Positions 38,401-50,082 of a stretch of 64,000 bases of DNA are shown here, one piece after another (positions within the stretch are counted from its first letter, which is position 1; the number at the start of each line of letters is the position of its first letter). Origin of the DNA: Macrostomum lignano (taxonomy: Eukaryota). The stretch lies in contig NIVC01000550.1 in NCBI GenBank assembly GCA_002269645.1, positions 124,001 through 188,000 of the forward strand. The letters run 5' to 3'. The notes beneath the pieces are model-generated. The model saw nothing but the letters and a program-made list of their open reading frames with translations, had not been told where the DNA came from and made no database searches. The position numbers and the translations under genes were made by a program.

Positions 38401-41400
38401 CTGCACTCGATAAGCCAAGGATTATTGCTCTTTATAAACCAAGGATTACTGCAATTGGAAAACAAAGGATTACTGCACTTGATTAATCAAGGATTATTGC
38501 TATTAATAAACTAAGGATTACTGCACTCGATAAACCAAGGATTATTGCTATTAATAAACCAAGGATTACTGCACTCGATAAGCCAAGGATTATTGCTCTT
38601 TATAAACCAAGGATTACTGCAATTGGATAACAAAGGATTACTGCACTCGAGAAGCCAAGGATTATTGCTATTAATAAACCAAGGATTAATGCACTCGATA
38701 AAACAAGGACAATTGCTATTATTAAACCAAGGATTACTGCACTTGATTAATCAAGGATTATTGCTATTAATAAACTAAGGATTACTGCACTCGATAAGCC
38801 AAGGATTATTGCTATTAATAAACTAAGGATTACTGCACTCGATAAACCAAGGACTATTGCTATTATTAAACCAAGGATTACTGCACTTGATTAATCAAGG
38901 ATTATTGCTATTAATAAATTAAGGATTACTGCACTCGATAAGCCAAGGACTATTGCTATTATTAAACCAAGGATTACTGCACTTGATTAATCAAGGATTA
39001 TTGCTATTAATAAACTAAGGATTACTGCACTCGATAAACCAAGGACAATTGCTATTATTAAACCAAGGATTACTGCACTTGATTAATCAAGGATTATTGC
39101 TATTAATAAACTAAGGATTACTGCACTCGATAAGCCAAGGATTATTGCTATTAATAAACCAAGGATTACTGCACTCGATAAGCCAAGGATTATTGCTATT
39201 AATAAACCAAGGATTAATGCACTCGATAAAACAAGGACAATTGCTATTATTAAACCAAGGATTACTGCACTTGATTAATCAAGGATTATTGCTATTAATA
39301 AACTAAGGATTACTGCACTCGATAAGCCAAGGATTATTGCTATTAATAAACCAAGGATTACTGCACTCGATTAATCAAGGATTATTGCTATTAATAAACT
39401 AAGGATTACTGCACTCGATAAACCAAGGACAATTGCTATTATTAAACCAAGGATTACTGCACTTGATTAATCAAGGATTATTGCTATTAATAAACTAAGG
39501 ATTACTGCACTCGATAAGCCAAGGATTATTGCTATTATTAAACCAAGGATTACTGCACTTGATTAATCAAGGATTATTGCTATTAACAAACCAAGGATTA
39601 ATGCACTCGATAAACCAAGGACAATTGCTCTTGGAAAACAAAGGATTACTGCACTCGAGAAGCCAAGGATTATTGCTATTAATAAACCAAGGATTACTGC
39701 ACTCGATAAGCCAAGGATTATTGCTCTTTATAAACCAAGGATTACTGCAATTGGAAAACAAAGGATTACTGCACTTGATTAATCAAGGATTATTGCTATT
39801 AATAAACTAAGGATTACTGCACTCGATAAACCAAGGATTATTGCTATTAATAAACCAAGGATTACTGCACTCGATAAGCCAAGGATTATTGCTCTTTATA
39901 AACCAAGGATTACTGCAATTGGATAACAAAGGATTACTGCACTCGAGAAGCCAAGGATTATTGCTATTAATAAACCAAGGATTACTGCACTCGATAAGCC
40001 AAGGATTATTGCTATTAATAAACCAAGGATTACTGCACTCGATAAACCAAGGACAATTGCTCTTGGCAAACCAAGGATTACTGCACTCAAGAAGTCAAGG
40101 ATTATTGCTATTAATAAACCAAGGATTACTGCAATTGGAAAACAAAGGATTACTGCACTTGATTAATCAAGGATTATTACTATTAATAAACAAAGGATTA
40201 CTGCACTCGAGAAGCCAAGGATTATTACTATTAATAAACAAAGGATTACTGCACTCAATAAGCCAAAGATTATTGGTCTTAATAAACCAAGGATTACTTC
40301 ACTCCATAGCCAAGGATTACTGCGCTTGATAAGCTTGGCTACATGTATAGGATTATTTCTATCCAGGGATGCTTGCTATTTAGGAATTCTTGCTATGTGC
40401 AGGATGCTTGCTATCTGGAAGGATGCTTTTTTACATTATTTGGGGGATGCTTGCTATCTGGAAGGATGCTTCTACATTATTTGGGGGATGCTTGCTATCT
40501 GGGTGGATGCTTTTATCCGGGGGATGCTTTTATTTGGGGGATGCTTTTATTTGGGGGATGCTTGCTATCTGCAGATGCTTGCTATCTGGGTGGATGCTTG
40601 CTAGGAGTATTAGGGGATGCTTGCTATCTGCGGTTGTTTACTTTTGGAGGAGGGTGCTTGCTACTGGGGGGATGCTATTTTCTATTTTCTATTTTCTACT
40701 TTCTGTTTAGGGGTAATGACTGTGATCTTTGTGAAAGCTATATTTTCTTGTCTGTTTGTTAATTTTAGAAAAAAAGAGATTCATAGCAAATATTATTGTC
40801 CGTGACAATTTTAAATGAATAAGGTGATTTTTAAAAGTGATGAAGGACTTAGTTTTTAAGAAAATGTGCTTTTTCATTGATTTCCATAAACTATTTTTGC
40901 TTCGTTCTTATTGGGCGCCCCGAAGGGGGCCGCACTACATTGCTAGTAGCTTAAACTAAATGTGTAAGTCTAAGCTAGCGAAGTTGACTGGCCCTGGCTA
41001 AAGAACAACGGAACCCATATATACCGCAATACCATATCACACCGTAGTAGGCCTTATTAGTACAATACTGCAACACGCCTAATTAGCTGAATTATTTCGA
41101 CTAGCGGTTTGACACCCAGCCAACCAGTCAAGTCTAAATTACAAAAAAATATATCCTTGCTACGTACCTACCCTAAATGCATTTGCAATACGACGCAGAA
41201 AATAATATATAGTGTCTGTCATCGGAGAGGAACGCACACAGGCAGACTTAGCACACTGTCTATCTCTCTTACTTGCCTACCTGGTATATGGATAGCCCTT
41301 ATCAGCGGAAAGACCGCTAACTCCATAATTTGGTGTGAAAGTGTTTTGGCGAGCCATTGCCATGGGCAGTAGCTTTAATGCTTTTTTATATTTGCAGTCA

Positions 41401-41424
41401 GTCAGTCACCCACCCACTCACTCA

Positions 41425-41464
<40 letters not shown>

Positions 41465-41489
41465 AGTCAGTCAGTCAGCCAGTCAGTCA

Positions 41490-41531
<42 letters not shown>

Positions 41532-41606
41532 AAGTACAGTCAGTCAGTCAGTCAGTCAGTCAGTCAGTCAGTCAGTCAGTCAGTCAGTCAGCCAGTCAGC
41601 CAGTCA

Positions 41607-41648
<42 letters not shown>

Positions 41649-41824
41649 AAGTACAGTCAGTCAGTCAGTCAGTCAGTCAGTCAGTCAGTCAGTCAGTCAG
41701 TCAGTCAGTCAGTCAGCCAGTCAGCCAGTCAGTCAGTCAGTCAGTCAGTCAGTCAGTAAGTACAGTCAGTCAGTCAGTCAGTCAGTCAGTCAGTCAGTCA
41801 GTCAGTCACCCACCCACTCACTCA

Positions 41825-41864
<40 letters not shown>

Positions 41865-42009
41865 AGTCAGTCAGTCAGTCAGTCAGTCAGTCAGTCAGTC
41901 AGCCAGTCAGTCAGTCAGCCAGTCAGTCAGTCAGTCAGTCAGTCAGCCAGTCAGTCAGTCAGTCAGTAAGCCAGTCAGTCAGTCAGTCAGTCAGTCAGCC
42001 AGTCAGTCA

Positions 42010-42051
<42 letters not shown>

Positions 42052-42146
42052 AAGTACAGTCAGTCAGTCAGTCAGTCAGTCAGTCAGTCAGTCAGTCAGT
42101 CAGTCAGTCAGTCAGTCAGTCAGTCAGTCAGCCAGTCAGCCAGTCA

Positions 42147-42188
<42 letters not shown>

Positions 42189-45100
42189 AAGTACAGTCAG
42201 TCAGTCAGTCAGTCAGTCAGTCAGTCAGTCAGTCAGTCAGTCAGTCAGTCAGTCAGTCAGCCAGTCAGCCAGTCAGCCAGTCAGTCAGTCAGTCAGTCAG
42301 TCAGTCAGTAAGTACAGTCAGTCAGTCAGTCAGTCAGTCAGTCAGTCAGTCAGTCAGTCAGTCAGTCAGTCAGTCAGTCAGTCAGTAAGTACAGTCAGTC
42401 AGTCAGTAAGTACAGTCAGTCAGTCAGTCAGTCAGTCAGTCAGTCAGTCAGTCAGTCAGTCAGTCAGTCAGTCAGGCTCTATAGTTTTACAGCTGCACCG
42501 CTAAAATGTCCGCATCTTGAAGTACATTTGCGGATCCCTAACTGGACAAAAAAGCAATTATATATTGGGGAGAAGAGAGTGGACAGACACTCCCACTACC
42601 ACAGCTAGCCAGCTCCGCAAACAGGCACTACCCTCAAAGTATTTTCTAATGTCCATATACACGCATATTGCATGATATATACCCTTGACTCTCTAACACC
42701 ATCTGCAGGCGTGATCGTGTGGCTCAGTTACAAGCCTAACCCGGGCCAACTCAGCCCACCGCCCTGCCCCCCCCCATCATGCAGCCGAACAAGGATACAG
42801 TACAAGCGGAAATTTATACGCACTTATAATACTATGCATCAATATCTATCCGTTTCTACATCACAGATTAGATTAGATAAGATAACATAGGATTGTACAG
42901 GACACAGATAAGGATAAAGATAGTGGCAGATATGAGTGCAGGATTGTACAGGACACAGATAAGGATAAGATAGTGGCAGATATGAGTGCAGGATTGTACA
43001 GGACACAGATAAGGATAAGATAGTGGCAGATATGAGTGCAGGATTGTACAGGACACAGATAAGGATAAGATAGTGGCAGATATGAGTGCAGGATTGTACA
43101 GGACACAGATAAGGATAAAGATAGTGGCAGATATGAGTGCAGGATTGTACAGGACACAGATAAGGATAAAGATAGTGGCAGATATGAGTGCAGGATTGTA
43201 CAGGACACAGATAAGGATAAAGATAGTGGCAGATATGAGTGCAGGATTGTACAGGACACAGATAAGGATAAAGATAGTGGCAGATATGAGTGCAGGATTG
43301 TACAGGACACAGATTTCAAGGATAAAGATAGTGGCAGATATGAGTGCAGGATTGTACAGGACACAGATTTCAAGGATAAAGATAGTGACGAACAGAAAAG
43401 CAGGAATCGATGCCATTCGTCTTAACAACCAGTTACAGTGTGACTATGCAATATTGCGTGACACCATAGGGCAAGCAGAAAAGATGTTAATAAAATTTCA
43501 CAATAGAAAATGTTAGAGGCAAAGAAATTAAAGGCGACACCTAACGCGGACACAAAGTCAGTTAGCTGCAGTCTACAGCACAGACTGATCGTGAGGTCAA
43601 ACATATCTAGGGAAGTCAGTCAAACACATTTTAAGCCCCAAAGCGCTAGCAGAAAAATTTCTTAACAGTCAGCTGGGGGGATTTCTGCGTTTCAACAAAC
43701 GTAAACAGCTTGGTCCCAACAGGAAAATTTTCTTCGAAAGTTACGTAACACTTGATTTGGGTAATAGACTGGGTTGATGAAAAAATCTTTTTTAGCCCGT
43801 CATCAGGCCCGGCATTGGGGACAATCCAGCAGTTCGAAAATTTAGCTGGATTATAAATTTACTAGGTAGATTTTTGGAGTCGCTGGGTTATTTATTTCTT
43901 GGCAAAAACGGCAAAATCCCTACAAAAGATTGAAGGGATCTGAGGTGGGATTGTAGGGATCTGTGGTGGGATTGTAGGGATCTGTGGTGGGATTGTAGGG
44001 ATCTTTGATGGGATAGTAAGGGATCTATGGCGGGATTGTAGGGATCTTTGGCGGGATTGTAGGGATTTGTGGCGGGACTGTAGGGATGGGATTGATGGGA
44101 TCTTTGATGGGATTGTAAGGATCATTGGATGGGGGGCCGTAGCCCAGCGGTAGCGCAGCTGCTCTGGTGTGCCAGCGACCCAGGCTCGATTCCAAGTGCA
44201 GCCACATTCATTTGGGGCTGGATTGGAATCTCGGCTTGGCTCGCTTGTGCAATTAACGGCCTTGAGAGCCAACCCCCCAAAGCGCAGTGAAGTGTACATG
44301 CCTAACAATTGATAAAGTTAGGGCCGCTGTACACTCCTGTGTGAGTGTGTGCCTGCGTAACGTATCCGCGCGCTTGTATGCCTGCTCAGGGGAGTCGGCG
44401 GAACGGGCAGTAATGCCTCTCGCCGGTTGTGTGCCAATGACGCTTAAATTGCGCCAGGGTGCACACAACCCCCCTGCCTCTAATAAAAAAAGGATCATTG
44501 GATGGATTGTAGGGATCTATGGCGGGATTGTAGGGATCTGTGGTGGTATTGTAGGGATCTTTGATGGGATTGTAAGGATCATTGGATGGATTGTAGGGAT
44601 CTATGGCGGGATTGTACGGATCTGTGGTGGGATTGTAGGGATCTGTGGTGGGATTGTAGGGATCTTTGATGGCATTGTAGGGATCTGTGGTGGGATTAAA
44701 GAGACAGTTGGTGGCCGTTTTCGGAATGTTAAAAATAGCTTTTTTTAGAATTTCCCTAAAACTGGATACTATATACAAATTCTTTTTTTTGTTTTAGAGG
44801 TAAAAAAGTCCTTCAAGCCCTCTAACAAGACAGGCGGTTCCTCATGCCTGGGCAATAAATATTCAGATAGATGGATGGATAGATTATCGAGCCTGCTAAT
44901 CCCTCTACCTAAGCAGATGTACAAGTTTTTCCACATTTTTAGACAGCTGAACCGGGGCGAGAGGAAAACAGCCCCCTAAACCCATGAAACGGTTTAGTTT
45001 CAAGTTTAAACAAGCCCCACACAGCGGGCTACTAGCAAGGTCTGAACCGAGTGGATGGATTGGCTTCACCCGGACTTTTCCCCCATCCTCTGGTTTTCGG

Positions 45101-47656
45101 TGCAGCACGGCACACGGAAACTGGATTCAGGGTGGAACATATCCATTTGGGTGCAATGTCCGCCACTCCTCATTCTCCCAACCCCCCTCCAAGTCGGTGG
45201 CTCGAACCTCGGCGACTGAAACGGCGTGGCGCCCCAAGGCTTAGACGGAGAGCTAATGTTTCAAGCCAGGCCCCGCGCCATTAGAGATGCACTTTTTTGA
45301 TAGGCTGCCGCTATAGGCAGCTTCTTTACATTTAGATAGAAGTCCTTCTAATCGGCGGAGCTTACAGAGCTTGGGCTTGCTTAATATATAAATATAAATG
45401 CAGTCATTTCTTGCAAACATAATAAACATAACACCACCGTCACTTGAAGCTTTCGAATAGATGCTAAAGTAAGCTGAAGGGGGACTTAAGGAATTGGGTG
45501 CAAAGCGATGGCCCAGCAACTGAGGATCTGAGAGGCTGGCCCAGCAACTGAGGATCTGGGAGGCTGGCCCAGCAACTGAGGATCTGGGAGGCTGGCCCAG
45601 CAACTGAGGATCTGGGAGGCTGGCCCAGCAACTGAGGATCTGGGAGGCTGGCCCAGCTAGATACTCAGCCACAGAACCACAGCCCAAATGCAGCGGCAGC
45701 TCACAAAGTCGCGGTCGGCAATAAGATAGAGCTCCATCAGAAACGGTCCCGCTTTTGTGACCACGTGCGGCTCGGGAGGCGAGTCTAGCCTCACTGTGTA
45801 CTCTGCCGCGCGCTTTTTACGCTGAAAGTGAATTAAAGACGTGAATATGACTTTGGCGATATGTACTAAAAAAGCTTTCAAGGTGCAACAGCTATAAAAG
45901 TACACGCACCAGCAGTCGTTTGAGTCGATTCGGCAAGAAGTTCAGCATACTTTCCGCTGACAGTGACGGCTCTGAAAAATATTTACATAAGTTTTTAACA
46001 TGCCCGACGATTAGAAAGTCAATCAGGGCGCCGAAGACGATGCCCTAAGGTGGCCCACAGGTCTCCTGCAATTATTATTATTATAAAAAACAACTCACGA
46101 TTCTGGTCGAGTTCGCTCTCGGCAAGCTTAGCGTAGGCTGAGTCGAGACTGATCCAATCGCTCCGGAGCATAGACTGCGGATAAATATTGATCCTATGCC
46201 GCAGCTGTGCCCCAGTTTCGCCAGCTGACATCGGATAGATGTAGCCGCTGTGTGTTGAGTTGATTGGCAGAAATCCTCTGTAAAATAAGTTCATTTCAAT
46301 TGAGTGAGTTCGATTGTTGAGTAGAGCTTTGCGTTCTAGTTCACTGATACTACTACAGGAAGTTACAGATCCGCATATTTCCTATATCTATTAAATATAG
46401 GCTATTTCAATAACTGAGGCTTAAGAGAACAATGAATATAGCCTGTTACAAAGCTCCTGGGGTTGCAAAAACAAGCAACAGAGATTTTAGACTTCGACCG
46501 AGCCAGCCGGTTGGCGAGGGGACCACCCAAGGTAGGTTGCAAAAATGCCCACCCAAAGACTGTATTACTAACTAGATGACGAGGCATTTAGCCCTAATAA
46601 TACAGTGATAGTTACTCCTGCCGTTTACCCAAACTTACGATATCTTGACTTGTTACTTTTATAGGTAAGTCGCATTTTGGTCAAAAAGTAAGTGGCACGG
46701 CCGGTGTAACTCAGGAGGGGGTTGCGCATATTTGGTGTGGTTGGGATACTGGCGGCTAAAGTTAAGATGAATATTTTCACTTTTAATGCCAGGGTAGCTC
46801 TTAAGTCCCTAGTGAATGATATAATGACGCCAATAAGGGCCAATTTACAAAGGCAATTTGTACAGTTTAACCTTTGTTTGGCTATTAAAACTGTTACTAA
46901 AAACCAATTACAACAAAAAAGAAGCTTACTCCACACTGCTTCCATCATTGCCGCACAAGGATATTGAGCCATAAAAGCCAGCAGAGCCAATAAGACTAGC
47001 AGAATAGTGACAATTGCTGGTGTGATTACTGTGCAATACTCTGTGATTGCCAGCTCGCTGCAGCTGGTCAGTAAGCTTCTGCTGCTGAACAGTGTACACT
47101 GGGAAAGACATGGGCCTGGGAAAGACAAGCAAGGTTAACAAAAATGTACATCACAGTTATTGTTGATTCTGACTTTATTCAAATAAAAAAATTTTTGTAT
47201 AAATGCCTTCTCACTTGGACACAGCCAATTTATAAAGGAGCACCTTAGAATGTCTGTCTAAGAGTGGTAGTTGCAATAATAGGTCGTGATCAGATGCAGT
47301 CTACAAGAAAAAAGACATTGCAAAGTTATCAACCAACAACTAAAAGTAAAATAATGTAAATAACATTAAATACTTTTTAGCAAGATTAAACTTACTGTAT
47401 GTAGTGCTAGTCTTTTTAACAAAGATCTAGAGATCACAGATGGTAGAGTGATATGAGACTCTGGTAGGACACTACTGCAACCTAGAAAATAATTATTTTA
47501 AAGGTTAAATATTAACATTTATAGATAAATATGAGGCAATGAGAAACAGTTGAAGCCACAATACAAGTTATATATCAATAGTAGGAATTACTTACCATAC
47601 TGATGACAGATACATGCAGTCAATGCAAAATACAATAGTGAATGGCAATGCATCAT
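19813..47656 (-). CDS. ADAM (M12B reprolysin) disintegrin metalloprotease, 15 exons, ~1031 aa, catalytic motif intact
   Basis: complement join: 47596-47656, 47396-47481, 47215-47300, 46930-47115, 46099-46277, 45910-45971, 45705-45821, 29094-29165, 28773-28948, 28552-28642, 27553-27945, 24079-24396, 22937-23272, 20639-21219, 19813-20164. All introns GT-AG and phase-consistent; total 3096 nt. Signal peptide, prodomain (NCHYS...SLCG), furin site [28 protein letters not shown], Met-turn CIM, disintegrin loop GECDLSEHC, Cys-rich [11 protein letters not shown]-like NCHC...APPDC, one TM helix, Gln/Pro-rich tail. Confidence 0.9.
20218..20632. repeat. (GACA)n microsatellite filling the last ADAM intron
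   Basis: Runs from a few bases after the donor to ~50 bp before the acceptor. Confidence 0.95.
21340..22920. repeat. 25-bp tandem array (CATAGACTAGCAATCCATYAAGCTC)n, ~63 copies, ADAM intron
   Basis: 25-bp period; fills nearly the whole intron 21220-22936. Confidence 0.97.
23335..24055. repeat. 22-bp minisatellite (CAAACACCGGGGAAATCCCATG)n, ADAM intron
   Basis: About 32 variable copies. Confidence 0.93.
24453..25851. repeat. 18-21-bp G-rich minisatellite (CTGGGGGAGTGGTGCTAAT)n
   Basis: About 70 copies with variable G-run length. Confidence 0.95.
26805..27522. repeat. 40-41-bp minisatellite, ADAM intron
   Basis: Unit ATAGGACATTTTTCTGATATTTCTACTGACAGTATTATTA, ~17 copies. Confidence 0.95.
28030..28445. 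repeat. 22-bp minisatellite (GGGATTTGATCTTTGAGAGATT)n, ADAM intron
   Basis: About 18 variable copies. Confidence 0.9.
29299..29427. repeat. (GATA)n microsatellite
   Basis: Direct inspection. Confidence 0.95.
29815..30565. repeat. 21/23-bp minisatellite (GAGAGGGTGAGACTCAGGTGACA)n
   Basis: About 33 copies. Confidence 0.95.
31172..32410 (+). mobile_element. Divergent or truncated Helitron-like element (5' end only recognised)
   Basis: A|TCTAATATACTAAAAATG start similar to the three copies downstream; ~32100-32150 resembles an internal motif of those copies. No CTAG/hairpin end found. Confidence 0.4.
32411..34468 (+). mobile_element. Non-autonomous Helitron, copy 1 of a head-to-tail array
   Basis: 5' TCGTATATACTAAAAATG; ~600 bp shared with copies 2 and 3; 3' hairpin CCCCAACGGGG then GATTGCTAG. 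Confidence 0.75.
34180..34247 (+). repeat. Interstitial telomere-like (TTAGGG)n, ~11 units
   Basis: TTAGGG array with two variant units, inside Helitron copy 1. Confidence 0.9.
34469..36193 (+). mobile_element. Non-autonomous Helitron, copy 2
   Basis: Begins TCCTATATACTAAAAATG immediately after the CTAG of copy 1; ends CCCCCATCGGGGGG-CGAAGATTGCTAG. Carries a 23-bp array (~35060-35660) and a 16-18-bp GGGGTGCTTGCTATCT array (~35800-36045). Confidence 0.8.
36194..40946 (+). mobile_element. Non-autonomous Helitron, copy 3
   Basis: Begins TCCATATACTAAAA; ends GCCCCGAAGGGGGC...ATTGCTAG|T. Contains the 3.4-kb satellite and a degenerate GGATGCTTGCTATCT array (~40365-40680) shared with copy 2. Confidence 0.75.
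36905..40330. repeat. 24-bp-monomer satellite (48-bp dimer) with higher-order structure
   Basis: Alternating CCAAGGATTACTGCACTCGATAAA and CCAAGGATTATTGCTATTAATAAA; lines 36961 and 37921 are identical (960-bp period). Confidence 0.95.
41395..42475. repeat. (GTCA)n microsatellite, ~1.1 kb
   Basis: Direct inspection. Confidence 0.97.
42888..43387. repeat. 50-52-bp minisatellite, ~10 copies
   Basis: Unit GATATGAGTGCAGGATTGTACAGGACACAGATAAGGATAAAGATAGTGGCA. Confidence 0.95.
43925..44700. repeat. 21-bp minisatellite (GGGATTGTAGGGATCTGTGGT)n interrupted by a SINE
   Basis: Arrays at ~43925-44130 and 44491-44700. Confidence 0.9.
44131..44490 (+). mobile_element. tRNA-derived SINE with A-rich tail, 360 bp
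   Basis: Head GGGGGGCCGTAGCCCAGCGGTAG (A-box) and GGCTCGATTCC (B-box); tail AATAAAAAAA; flanking direct repeat AGGATCATTGGAT. Confidence 0.8.
44865..45265 (-). mobile_element. Possible second SINE family member (microsatellite tail)
   Basis: On the minus strand a GC-rich head with B-box-like GGTTCGAGCCA near 45200 and an (ATCY)n tail near 44870. No TSD verified. Confidence 0.35.
45510..45660. repeat. 28-bp minisatellite, ~5 copies, ~45 bp from an ADAM donor site
   Basis: Unit GGCCCAGCAACTGAGGATCTGGGAGGCT. Confidence 0.92.
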
Positions 47657-48114
47657 TAATAGTTGATATATAAATAATATCAACTGCAGCTAGCCTGAAA
47701 GTTAAACCATTTTTTGTTTTAAGATACATATTTAGATAATTAGAAAAATATAAACACTGAACAATATTAGAAATATTTTATAAAAATCAACTTAATGAAA
47801 AATAAAACAAACTATTTAAGGTATAAATTATATAATGATGTCATTTCATAAGAAATAGGCTCTAACTCCATACTCTAGATCATATAAGACATGTCTAAAA
47901 ATTTGGGCATGCATTGACTTCTATAAGGTATGCAGTTAGTATGGCATATGCATTAATTCTAGAGTGCATTTAATAAAATCACATGGAAGGTTAAGTGTTA
48001 AGTGAAAAAAGATTGAAAAGTTCATTTTTGTAATTTTAAGCTTTCTGGTTTTTAGGCTTATAATAAGGCATTTAAAAAATGTTTGTGTATATTGATTTTC
48101 TATTATAAATAATA

Positions 48115-48744
48115 GGGTACTGGACTATTTGTCTACCGGCTATTCATTTGCCAGCAGACGAATAGTCCAAATTGAAAGTTTTAAAAAAATTTAAGAGGTG
48201 CTGCGCTAATAAGCAAGAAGATTCTAAAATGTTTTTCACCTATGTTTTACAAAAAATTCTATTCTAGAATTTTTAAAAACAAAGAAAAGGTTGGCTTTGT
48301 TAAAAGTTTATAGTTTCTTAGAATTTTTTTTGGTGGTGGCGCGCGCCACCAGTGTACTGTGATTCATTGCAACATTGCATTGGCATAGTGTATTTCATTT
48401 GTGTAGATTATAATACAATGGCTTTCATTTTTTATTTTGGTATGGTTTAGAAAAGTGGATAAGACATGCAGCAACTATTGCCTTAGTCTGGATGGTGTAG
48501 TGCTATATTAAAATGACTATAACAAATTGTTACGAACTTTACTATCCTATAAGTTACAACAACATCTGTTGCTAATATGAATTGTTGCTGAAACATCTGT
48601 TGTCAAAGTGTCTTGTCACTGAAGTGTCTAGAAACCTATGTTGGTTACCACATCTAGTAGCTATTTGGCACCGGTGTACAAATAGTCTATTGGCCATTTG
48701 CCCAGGGCAGACAAATAGTCTGGCAAACAAAAAGTCCTAGATCC
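48115..48744. mobile_element. MITE with GG..CC termini and 8-bp TSD (Merlin-like)
   Basis: Left GGGTACTGGACTATTTGTCT; right terminus reverse-complemented reads GGATCTAGGACTTTTTGTTT; TSD AAATAATA on both sides; subterminal GACTATTTGTCT / AGACAAATAGTC. Confidence 0.6.
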
Positions 48745-50082
48745 AAATAATATAGCCTAAAGGCAAGAAAAATAAATAATCCATCAAATTATTATCCAAA
48801 AATGATCCATTAAACAATGCAAAAAAGTTCATTAATTTGTTGAAACATAAAAAATATTGCAACATTAGTCTAGATTTAAGATTGTTAATGTTGGTATGCA
48901 TTCAATTTTTTTGCCATACATACCTATTAAATTTTTGTTTGGGCATGCACATAGCATGATCTGGAATATGGCTCTAATTTTGACCTAAGTAAGCCTCCTA
49001 AGGGCAAGGCTAAGAGAATATATAGATAAAATAGTTGCCATATTTCAAATAGAATTAGGCCCCCTGATCAAATTTATTTGTTATTTAACAAACATTAAAT
49101 TTATTTGTGCTCCATAACTAAATAAGGAAAAGACTTAGCAAAACTAACTATACCATAAAGGGGCTATACATCTTATTATGATTCGTATTTGTATTTAATT
49201 AAGTAACATTTGTAGATTTCGACAAACAGTAGGCCTAGTCTAGGCCATGTGAGAATATAGTGACTAGATTATAAGTGAGTGCAGTAAAATCTAGGCTTAG
49301 TTTTCATAATTATTATATAGCCTAGTACTACAGAAAGAGTTAGGTAAAATAGGCCTATTGTGTTCAACTTTTGCTAGTTTGCATTTCTGACTGTTTTACT
49401 GTAACTGTTTATTGAAATTGAAATTGAAAGTTTCATGATGACAGCAATGGTTAGCCTTTTACAAATTGTAGTCGTCAACTTTTTCGCCTTAGAAGAAACC
49501 TAATAACCCTAAAATTGTCTATTAAGATATAAATAAAGCAATCAAACAAGCATAAGTGTCGGCACTAGTATTTACCAAACTCTATAGTGCCAGTGGTAAG
49601 CGGGACTTGCTTTTTATAGAAAATCCTAAAAGTAAATTATTACATTTGTCACGTTAAATAGTAAAACGAATTAGCCTTAAAAGGTATAATATAAAAATAT
49701 AAAAAAACTTTCTAATTATAAAATCCTACTCTGAGCTTTTTTATATCTAAGTAAAAGCGTATTTTACTATCTTAGTCAAAACTATTGCAAAAGTTCGGTT
49801 TCGTAAAAGAGCACGAATTCTGTTTGAAAACAACGTGAACAGAGTAATAAAAGCAAAAAAGCCAGTTGTCAACCAACGCTGCTGTAGTAGGAAACTGCGT
49901 TATATTACTTTAAAAATTGAAAAAATGCGTGGAACTATTTTTCAGCGTTTTTGTCTTCGACTTTCGTAACTGTTTTTTAATTGATTAGTGATTGTTTTAT
50001 AAATTGAAAAGGTGTTGGTCTAACAGTAACAGCCTAGCCTATCCCTGGCCTAGGTAGCCCAGTAAACTTTCTACTATACAAT

